Assembly: GCA_965215015.1 (NCBI GenBank)
Contig: OZ244042.1
Coordinates: 1,792,001 to 1,856,000 of the forward strand
Reading direction: 5' to 3'
Origin: Candidatus Poribacteria bacterium
GTDB taxonomy: Bacteria > Poribacteria > WGA-4E > PCPOR2b
DNA: 64,000 bases
The notes under the pieces are model-generated. The model saw nothing but the letters and a program-made list of their open reading frames with translations, did not search any database and was not told where the DNA came from. A program made the position numbers and the translations under genes. Shown piece after piece: positions 40,427 through 48,625 of the stretch. Each line of letters opens with the position of its first letter. The stretch's first letter is position 1.

Positions 40427-43400
40427 TCGCGACCAGACCTGCCAACTCCTTGGAGACTTTGAATTTGAAACGCTCCTGATTGAAGAGCTCGGTTGGGATT
40501 ACCACACACAAAGTCTCAGCATTACCATTGATGAAACCGAATACCTATTGACCGCAATTGCCGAGAAACGCGGGATGGTTGTCTTTCAATGTGCGGCAAG
40601 GACCGATGGAAATATTCCAGATTATGCGACCCGGCGTAGAATTCAACGGGAGGTCGCCAAATCTGTCCACGAACACCTCATTATTTATACTAACACTGAG
40701 AGAACCACACAGATTTGGCAATTGGCCAAACGGGAGCCGGGAAGACCGATCGCATGTCCTGAACACCGTTACGATTCTGAACAGTCCGGTGAGTCCCTAA
40801 TTCAAAAACTGAAAATGATTGCTGTTAGCTTCGACGAGGAAGAAGACATCACACTGCTGGACGTCACCGGGCGCGTTCGGGCAGCTTTTGACGTGGAACG
40901 CGTGACCAGACGATTCTATGACCGTTTCAAGACGGAACACGCCCAGTTCCTCAATTTTCTCGAAGGGCTTCCTGATCAAGAGATGGAACGCTGGTACGCT
41001 TCGGTGATGCTGAATCGCTTGATGTTCATCTACTTTATTCAGAAGAAAGACTTCCTGAACGACGATATTGAATATTTGCGGACCAAGCTGACAGAAAGCC
41101 AAGTCAACGGTAATGATCGATACTACACCGATTTTCTTTGTCCACTCTTCTTTGAGGGATTTGCAAAACCAGAATCGGAGCGGAGCAGAGAGGTACATCG
41201 CTTGCTCGGAAAAGTGCCTTACCTGAACGGCGGCATCTTCCAACGGCACCAACTTGAAGAACTTTATGGGGAAAGGATTCAAATTGCTGATGCTGCATTC
41301 GAGAAGCTTTTTAACTTCTTTGAAGGTTACCAATGGCACCTCGATGAACGTCCATTGCGGAACGATAACGAGATTAACCCCGATGTCCTCGGTTACATTT
41401 TTGAAAAATATATCAACCAGAGGCAGATGGGCGCGTACTACACCAAAGAGGACATCACGGAGTATATCAGCAAAAATACGGTGATTCCGTTCCTGTTTAA
41501 TGCCGCACGCAAGGAGTGTAAAATCGCTTTCGAGGGGGAAGCAAGTGTTTGGGGACTGCTACAAGACAACCCAGACCGTTACATCTACGATGCTGTCAAA
41601 ACAGGTGTCAAAGGAGATCTGCCGCCGGAGATTGCGGCGGGGATTGACGATGTATCCAAACGCGGACTGTGGAACACACTTGCGCCCGATGAATACGCTT
41701 TGCCGACCGAAACATGGCGAGAGACCGTCGCACGGCGGAGCCGATACGAAGCAGTTCACACCCAGCTGTCAAACAGCGAAATAGATGAGGTTAATGCACT
41801 CATTACCTATAACCTCGACATCCGTCAATTCGCACAGGACGTAATCGAAAATTGTGAAGGGCCCGAGCTACTGCGCGCCTTCTGGAAAGCCATCACTCAA
41901 GTGACCATCCTCGATCCGACCTGCGGTTCCGGCGCGTTCCTGTTTGCCGCCCTCAATATCCTTGAACCGCTCTACGAAGCGTGTCTGGATCGGATGGAAA
42001 TATTCCTTGACGACCTACAACACTCGCCCCGCTTGCGGGGGGGTAGAGATTTTCGCAAAATCCTTAAAAGCATCGATCAACACCCCAACCGCCGTTACTT
42101 CATCCTCAAATCAATTATTGTCAACAACCTTTACGGTGTAGACATTATGGAGGAAGCAATAGAGATTTGCAAGTTGCGGCTCTTCCTCAAAATGGTGGCA
42201 CAGATTGAGGACGTGCGACGGATTGAACCGCTGCCCGACATCGACTTTAATATACAAGCGGGGAATACGCTCGTCGGCTATGCGACATACGACGAAGTAG
42301 AAAAAGCGGTCACCGAAAACAGAATAGACTTCGACAACACCATGGAAAGCCTCCAAGAAAAGGCGGAGGACGTCGAGCACCTATTTGAACAGTTTCGCCT
42401 GCAACAGACAGAATTGGGCGGTGCGGTGACACCTGATGATAAACAGGCGTTACGCGATAAACTTAAAGTGTTAGAAGATGAGCTCAACCGATACCTCTCT
42501 GGAGAGTACGGCGTAGATGCGAACAAGAAAGCTGCTTACCAGAAGTGGCTCTCTTCCCACAAACCGTTTCACTGGTTCATTGAGTTTTACGGCATTCTCA
42601 AGGCCGGTGGCTTTGATGTAATTATCGGCAATCCACCGTATGTAGAATATAGCAAGGTGAAAAAGGAGTACAAGATTAGAGGGTATGAGACAGAAAACTG
42701 CGGCAACCTACACGCGTTTGTGTTTGAAAAAAGTTTACGTCTGCTTCAACGAAGTGGTTGGAAATCGATGATAATTCCACATTCAGCTTATTGTACGGAT
42801 AGGATGTCATCTCTTCAAGATTTATTTCATCGTTCTAGGCGAGTTGGGTGGGTGCAAACATACGGTATCCGTCCAACAAAATTGTTTGTGGGAGCAGAGC
42901 TAAGTTTGGCGATTTATATCGTTCAACAGGGCTCACAGGTGTCTCCCGCATTATACACCTCTCGGTATAATAGATGGCATGAACAGTTTCGCCCACATCT
43001 CTTTGATGTTATCGAACACGCAAATATTACGCAGATATCGTTTCAAAATTCAGTTCCCAAGATCTACAGTGAGATCGAACAAGACATTTGGAAGAAAATA
43101 GCCCGATTTTCAGTTTTAGGTAAGCATCTTTATAAGAGACCAGATTCCTGCACGATATATTTCCATAACTCGGGTTACTGGATTAGGGCAATGGATTTTG
43201 TGCCTTACTTCTGGAATGCACGAGGTGGAGAGCGCAGATCCCCTCAAGTCAAGCTTTTGTGCTTCGCAACAGAGTTAGATGCAGCCGTAGCCATGGCGAC
43301 TTTGAATAGTTCACTTTTTTATTGGTGGTTTGTTATTCTCTCTACTTGCCGAACCCTTAGTTTACGTGAGATTAGAAATTTCCCAATCGGCGTTGATAAA

Positions 43401-43658
43401 ATAGAAGGGGCAATAAAGCGTAGTCTTTGTGGAATTTCCGCTGACCTGATGATAGATTTAAGACGCCACGCGCAGCGCAAGGAGACCTACTATCAAGCCA
43501 CTGGACGCGTTGTCTTTGACGAATTTTCTCCGCGTCACTCCAAGCCCATCATGGACGAAATTGACCGGGTACTTGCCCAGCACTACGGCTTCATCGACGA
43601 AGAATTAGACTTCATCATCAACTACGACATCAAATACCGGATGGGGTTGGGAAAATGA
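40416..43658 (+). CDS. Eco57I-like N6-adenine DNA methyltransferase with target recognition domain
   Basis: YLNGGIF, GAYYT, LDPTCGSGAF (motif I), IGNPPY (motif IV); overlaps the helicase stop; RBS AAGGAG. Confidence 0.92.
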   Translation: MPINRDQTCQLLGDFEFETLLIEELGWDYHTQSLSITIDETEYLLTAIAEKRGMVVFQCAARTDGNIPDYATRRRIQREVAKSVHEHLIIYTNTERTTQIWQLAKREPGRPIACPEHRYDSEQSGESLIQKLKMIAVSFDEEEDITLLDVTGRVRAAFDVERVTRRFYDRFKTEHAQFLNFLEGLPDQEMERWYASVMLNRLMFIYFIQKKDFLNDDIEYLRTKLTESQVNGNDRYYTDFLCPLFFEGFAKPESERSREVHRLLGKVPYLNGGIFQRHQLEELYGERIQIADAAFEKLFNFFEGYQWHLDERPLRNDNEINPDVLGYIFEKYINQRQMGAYYTKEDITEYISKNTVIPFLFNAARKECKIAFEGEASVWGLLQDNPDRYIYDAVKTGVKGDLPPEIAAGIDDVSKRGLWNTLAPDEYALPTETWRETVARRSRYEAVHTQLSNSEIDEVNALITYNLDIRQFAQDVIENCEGPELLRAFWKAITQVTILDPTCGSGAFLFAALNILEPLYEACLDRMEIFLDDLQHSPRLRGGRDFRKILKSIDQHPNRRYFILKSIIVNNLYGVDIMEEAIEICKLRLFLKMVAQIEDVRRIEPLPDIDFNIQAGNTLVGYATYDEVEKAVTENRIDFDNTMESLQEKAEDVEHLFEQFRLQQTELGGAVTPDDKQALRDKLKVLEDELNRYLSGEYGVDANKKAAYQKWLSSHKPFHWFIEFYGILKAGGFDVIIGNPPYVEYSKVKKEYKIRGYETENCGNLHAFVFEKSLRLLQRSGWKSMIIPHSAYCTDRMSSLQDLFHRSRRVGWVQTYGIRPTKLFVGAELSLAIYIVQQGSQVSPALYTSRYNRWHEQFRPHLFDVIEHANITQISFQNSVPKIYSEIEQDIWKKIARFSVLGKHLYKRPDSCTIYFHNSGYWIRAMDFVPYFWNARGGERRSPQVKLLCFATELDAAVAMATLNSSLFYWWFVILSTCRTLSLREIRNFPIGVDKIEGAIKRSLCGISADLMIDLRRHAQRKETYYQATGRVVFDEFSPRHSKPIMDEIDRVLAQHYGFIDEELDFIINYDIKYRMGLGK

Positions 43659-43678
43659 CCCAACCAAAGTAGCCTAAA

Positions 43679-44107
43679 ATGAAGTTAATCACAGTTTTGA
43701 GCGTAATATCTCTACTCTTTGCTGTCCCCGCGTTCAGCACCCTGACCGCAGCAGACATTGAGAAGATTCGCTCAATTGTCAAAGAGGAAGGCACCGCCTC
43801 CGAAACGCGAATGAAAGAGTACATCTCACAAGAAATTGCGAAAGTCAACATCAAAATTGAAGAGATGGACAAACGCCTGACCGGCGAAATTGAAACGTTA
43901 GGCGAACGCCTGACCGGCAAAATTGAAGAGATGGACAAACGTCTGACCGGCAAAATTGAAACGTTAGGGGAACGATTAAACCACATTTTTATGCTGGTCA
44001 TGGCTTTGGTAGCTTTCATCGCCGTGGTCATCGGGATACCACAAATCATCGTCGCCATGCAGCGAAAAGATATACGTACACAAGACGAAAAAATCGAAGC
44101 CTTGTAG
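43679..44107 (+). CDS. signal peptide + coiled-coil + TM protein
   Basis: 2 x 22-aa repeat KIEEMDKRLTG-x-IETLGERL; C-terminal hydrophobic helix. Confidence 0.75.
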   Translation: MKLITVLSVISLLFAVPAFSTLTAADIEKIRSIVKEEGTASETRMKEYISQEIAKVNIKIEEMDKRLTGEIETLGERLTGKIEEMDKRLTGKIETLGERLNHIFMLVMALVAFIAVVIGIPQIIVAMQRKDIRTQDEKIEAL

Positions 44108-44109
44108 TA

Positions 44110-44400
44110 GGTATCAATTTGATTCATATCCTCCTGTTAATCCTTAAATCCTGAAAATCCTGATTCAGACTCTCCCCTTCTCCCCGCTTGCGAGGGATTT
44201 GGTTCGTAGTAGCGCAATTCATTGCGCGTGGAATGTCCAAGTCATCGGTATACCACAGATTATCGTCGCCATGCAGCGAAAAGATATTTGATTCATATGC
44301 TCCTGTTAATCCTTAAATCCTGCAAATCCTGATTCAGACTTTCCCCGAGTGCCCTAATTTATAGTGTTGCCCTAATTTTCAGCTTTATGTTAGAATAATT
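44110..44400. repeat. AATCCTGAAAATCCTGATTCAGAC repeat (two copies) plus promoter-like repeat
   Basis: same motif recurs at 45899-46590 and, inverted, at 29820-29860. Confidence 0.8.
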
Positions 44401-44457
44401 AACGTCAATCAAAATCGTGCGAGCACTAAACGAGCCAAGTGAGTTTCTAAACATGCT

Positions 44458-45249
44458 ATGAAAACGACAGTACAATCAACCATAAAATATGAGAACCCGC
44501 CCATCAATGAGATTGTTTGCGACATACTTTTCGATTCAATTGAGGGGCTACGAGCGGGACATTTCGGCATATTATGGCAGAAGTTCAGACCTGATTTTCC
44601 AGCAATTGAAGACCACATCTTAGTAGCCCCAATTCCCGGAGACGATCTGGAAACTCCTAACAAATTCCCACTGCCACGAGTTTGGTTCGTACACAAAGAC
44701 GAAAATGAGGTTGTTCAAGTCCAACAGAATCGCTTCCTGTACAATTGGCGAAAACAGCGAGCAGCAGATCAATATCCAGGTTATGAAAAAGTCATCGAAA
44801 ATTTTGAAAAATATCTGTCTGGTTTCCAAGAATTTCTGGCAGCGGAAAACTTAGGAAATATTGCTGCAAGAAAATATCAATTGGTATACATCGATCTTAT
44901 CCCTAAAGGAGAAGGTTGGGGAAATCTCGACGATTTAAAAAAAGTCTTCCCAAACCTATTATCTCTAACCAAACAAACTATACCTTTCACCGATCTAAAA
45001 AGTATCAACTGGCAAACTATCTTCAGTCTACCAAACAACTTGGGGCAATTACAGATGTCGATTCGTGATGCTCGGCGAGTCTCTGATGACCATCCGCTTC
45101 TCCAAATTGAATTTAAAGCACTTAGTAACGAACCGTACGAACCTATGCGAGAGTGGTTTGATGCTGCTCATAGCACAATCATCAACCTTTTTTCTAATCT
45201 AATAAGCAACGAAATTCAAGACAAGTTTTGGAGAAGAAAACCGTGCTAA
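44458..45249 (+). CDS. TIGR04255 family protein
   Basis: YENPPINEIVC, PRVWF, Q-x-NRF-x-x-NWRK, YPGY. Confidence 0.75.
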   Translation: MKTTVQSTIKYENPPINEIVCDILFDSIEGLRAGHFGILWQKFRPDFPAIEDHILVAPIPGDDLETPNKFPLPRVWFVHKDENEVVQVQQNRFLYNWRKQRAADQYPGYEKVIENFEKYLSGFQEFLAAENLGNIAARKYQLVYIDLIPKGEGWGNLDDLKKVFPNLLSLTKQTIPFTDLKSINWQTIFSLPNNLGQLQMSIRDARRVSDDHPLLQIEFKALSNEPYEPMREWFDAAHSTIINLFSNLISNEIQDKFWRRKPC

Positions 45250-45581
45250 GTCATTACACAGACACCACATCAACAATAGTTCAACACATACAGTTCCCCT
45301 TCAACGAAGTAGAAAAACAGGAGATTCCAAAGCCCCGCGTGCAAGACACAGGAGCATCGTTTGAATTACGCTTTGAAGAAGAAGTTGAATCTGGAATAAC
45401 TCAAGAATTTGCAGATACACAACGACAACCTCGTGCCTTTCCCTCCTACAGTGAAGAAGATATTCTGAATTGGGAAGTTGCCATAGAGGTCCCTCCTCTT
45501 CGTCCATCGGGTACAATACGAGTCAAGTTAAAATATAAGGGAAAAAGTAAACCCATTCCTATTGAAAATCCTTGGGAGTAA
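45243..45581 (+). CDS. hypothetical protein coupled to the TIGR04255 gene
   Basis: GTG start overlaps the upstream stop; acidic ORF of about 112 aa; start uncertain. Confidence 0.5.
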   Translation: MLSHYTDTTSTIVQHIQFPFNEVEKQEIPKPRVQDTGASFELRFEEEVESGITQEFADTQRQPRAFPSYSEEDILNWEVAIEVPPLRPSGTIRVKLKYKGKSKPIPIENPWE

Positions 45582-46074
45582 CAAGTATTAGGGCGTACTG
45601 ACACGATCGGGAAAGGTACTTCCTATATTGACTTCTTTTCTTTTAACGTCCATTGCGGGCCAAATTGGCTGGAACCTTGCCTAGCCCTACAACATCCGCG
45701 GGGGATACAAACTCTCCCTTAGTGACCTATATTTAACCATAATTTATAGTGTTGCACTAAATGGGGTTGGGAAATGCCTGAAGCGGTTTAACGCATCACA
45801 CAAACGGGCGCGAAATGAGAGATGCTCATAAATCCGATATCTCAACCGTGATTCAAAGACCAATGATGTCCCCTCATCAGACATATCTCGTCGTTTAGGT
45901 ATCCATTTGATTCATATGCTCCTGTTAATCCTTAAATCCTGAACGGTTTAGACTTCACAATCAACTACGCTCTCACATACCAGATGGGATTGGGAAATAC
46001 CTGAATCGTTTGAACGCATCACGCAAACTGGCGCGCGATGAGAGATGCTGATAAATCGGCTATCTCAGTCGTGA

Positions 46075-46590
46075 TTCAAACACCAATGATGCCCCCTCCT
46101 CAGATATATCTCGTCGTTTAGTTATCCATTTGATTCATATTATCCTGTTAATCCTTAACTCCTGAAAATCCTGATTCAGACTTTCCCCTAGCGCCCTATA
46201 TTCAAAGACCCATGATGTATCCTCCTCAGACACCTCTCGTCGTTTAGGTATCCATTTGATTCATATGCTCCTGTTAATCCTTAACTCCTGAAAATCCTGA
46301 TTCAGACTTTCCCCTAGCGCCCTATATTCAAAGACCCATGATGTATCCTCCTCAGACACCTCTCGTCGTTTAGGTATCCATTTGATTCATATGCTCCTGT
46401 TAATCCTTAACTCCTGAAAATCCTGATTCAGACTTTCCCCTAGTGCCCTATATTCAAAGACCCATGATGTATCCTCCTCAGACACCTCTCGTCGTTTAGG
46501 TATCTTAGGTATCCATTTGATTCATATGCTCCTGTTAATCCTTAACTCCTGAAAATCCTGATTCAGACTTTCCCCTAGTGCCCTATATTT
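46075..46590. repeat. 4 x 126-bp tandem repeat, preceded by a roughly 223-bp duplication starting near 45760
   Basis: TTCAAA(C/G)ACC at 46075, 46201, 46327 and 46453; no unique spacers. Confidence 0.9.
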
Positions 46591-46754
46591 AACCCTAATT
46601 TATAGTGTTGCACTAATTCTTAACTTTATGTTAGAATAACCTAAAATTTGGACAATTTCACAGGAGCTGGCGGGGCTTAATGAAAATGACTTATGTTGAG
46701 CACTGGCCGCGGCTTTAACTGATAATCCTAATTCTTAACAAGGAGATCCGAACA

Positions 46755-46975
46755 ATGGCTGATGTAATGGCTATATCCCTTTTCAACGCGTGAAGGATTG
46801 GAAAGCTGGCGATAGGATCATCGTAGACGGTAATCCTGGGAAAATCCGTGATATCGCTCAATTTAGGAATCCTTCAGGCTCCGGAGAAACAATCGCCTCT
46901 ATCGGTGTGGAGTACGACAATGAGCCGGGTGTTATTAGGCTTGTTGACTTTGATATTCACCAACTTGAACGTTAA
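46755..46975 (+). pseudogene. small SH3-barrel-like protein, probably frameshifted near 46764
   Basis: AAGGAG + ATG 46755 stops after 12 codons; adding 1 nt joins it to NGYIPFQRVKDWKAGDRIIVDG... Confidence 0.45.
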
Positions 46976-47098
46976 CAATTATCCACCGGCAGATTTGGAA
47001 ACCCGCTCCCACAAAGATCTGGCACACCTTTAGCAGAAACTACTTGCGATAACATTGTTGGGAACACCCTCCTTCACAATAATGCTTAAGGAATTGAA

Positions 47099-47974
47099 GT
47101 GGAACAACAAAACCAAGCAATATTGAAGACAGAGCTATCTGAACAGATTACCGCTTGCGCTTTTTCTAAAGCGGATTTGCAAGCTCTTTGTGAAAGATTG
47201 CAGGAGTGGGGTGATAAAGCGTTAGAAGAGGAAATAAATTATTACAAGCCACTCAATCGGACACAGGAACAATTTCGCGCAGATACAGCGTCACTACGGG
47301 AGGAATTCAAGATAAAGGTCACTGTACAGGGAATAGATGATGAAAGGATTTATGGCACAATTCCAGCGGTGTTTAACTCTCCTCGTTTCCCAGACCAGGT
47401 TAAAAGTCTTTACATAAACACTCAACAGAAGTTAAAAAAATTATACAATTGGTATCCGAGGAACTCTTTTGCATTGTCTCTAGATTTCACCAAATCTGAG
47501 CTTTTCAATCTATTACTATCACCCTTGAGATCTACTCTGAGCAATATCCGTGTCTCCGGTCTAGATGCTGCTTGGGTTAATGGGGTGTATAGTGAAGTTA
47601 CGAATTTTATCAAGAGAAAAAAAACACACCGCCGATTTCTCTATAGGCATGGTATTTATGATTGGCTCATGCCGCTTGGAGGTTTCCCGTTCGCATTTTC
47701 GATAGCATACAAGTTATCCGGGTTGATAAACAACCTATTTGATGAACACTCAGGAGTTCTGAAAAGTGCGGCGTATGTATATGTGTTCTACTTTTCATTA
47801 TTTCTGTTTAGGCTGCTTTTTGATTATGCTAGATGGATTTTTCCGATTGTAGAGTATAAGGGATCTATTGGTACTGCCCGAAAGCATAGAGCTATCTTGG
47901 GGGTTCTAGTCCTCGGGGTTTTGGGAAATTTGCTCTATGATGTGTTTAAAATTGTGACGGGTCTAATATCATGA
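47099..47974 (+). CDS. hypothetical membrane protein (soluble N-domain + about 3 TM helices)
   Basis: 291-aa AT-rich ORF with C-terminal hydrophobic segments. Confidence 0.7.
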   Translation: MEQQNQAILKTELSEQITACAFSKADLQALCERLQEWGDKALEEEINYYKPLNRTQEQFRADTASLREEFKIKVTVQGIDDERIYGTIPAVFNSPRFPDQVKSLYINTQQKLKKLYNWYPRNSFALSLDFTKSELFNLLLSPLRSTLSNIRVSGLDAAWVNGVYSEVTNFIKRKKTHRRFLYRHGIYDWLMPLGGFPFAFSIAYKLSGLINNLFDEHSGVLKSAAYVYVFYFSLFLFRLLFDYARWIFPIVEYKGSIGTARKHRAILGVLVLGVLGNLLYDVFKIVTGLIS

Positions 47975-48093
47975 GCCCTTAGACTTTTCCTAGAAATGTA
48001 TTGAGGATATTCCGCAGTGCGATTTGGGGTTCAGTTTTTGTTAGAAGAGCCCAAGTTGCCGCCTTAAAAACGAAATAGCTTCCCTTTTTTGTG

Positions 48094-48130
48094 AATAAAG
48101 CCCGTGCGTTTTATAGTACGGGCTTTATTT
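48094..48130. terminator. bidirectional intrinsic terminator
   Basis: AATAAAGCCCGT...ACGGGCTTTATT. Confidence 0.7.
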
Positions 48131-48529
48131 GCGAAAATCCGTATGGATACCAGAAGTGCCGCAGACAGATGCGAACAACGTCACACTATAGTAAATACCC
48201 CTAGCCTCCTATATAGCTCCAGGCTCAATGAGCCATCCCCTGTCTTGCAACACACCTGGTCCCTGTAGCGCAATTCAACCCGCGTCTTTAAGGGAGTCGG
48301 CATACGCCGTATGCCGACTCCTCCCTCTTCTCCCCGCTTGCGGGGGATTTGGTTCGTAGTAGCGCGTTCATTGCGCGTGGAATGGCCAACCCCCCTAACC
48401 CCCCGCAAGCAGGGGGAGGGTACACGGAACATGCCGACTACTTAACGCTGAATATTGCGCGCCCTTTTCTAGTGTTGGCGTCGAGGGTTCAACGCCGTAA
48501 GGCGACGGTAGTGGTTGAAACTATCAAGT

Positions 48530-48625
48530 GTGTTGCTCCTCTGCGGCGGGGACAAATCTTCGCAAAACAGAGATATTAAGCGAGCAAAAGCCTATTGGCA
48601 GGAATACAAGGAGATGCCAAGATGA
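48530..48625 (+). pseudogene. 3' remnant of an HI1419-like (RelE/HigB) addiction-module toxin
   Basis: hand-translated VLLLCGGDKSSQNRDIKRAKAYWQEYKEMPR*; ATGA overlap with the next start; 5' part replaced by repeats. Confidence 0.8.

Noticed and set aside
37025-43658. DISARM or BREX
   Set aside because: No DrmA/DrmB, BrxC or PglZ-like genes nearby
46075-46590. CRISPR array
   Set aside because: The 126-bp units are near-identical along their whole length, with no unique spacers and no cas genes; the same applies to 32231-32743
46790-46975. Eukaryotic-like CAP-Gly domain
   Set aside because: Only superficial similarity; the GKNDG motif is absent
43660-48000. Integron with attC cassettes
   Set aside because: No integrase, and I could not identify paired RYYYAAC/GTTRRRY attC boxes; kept only as a cassette-like zone
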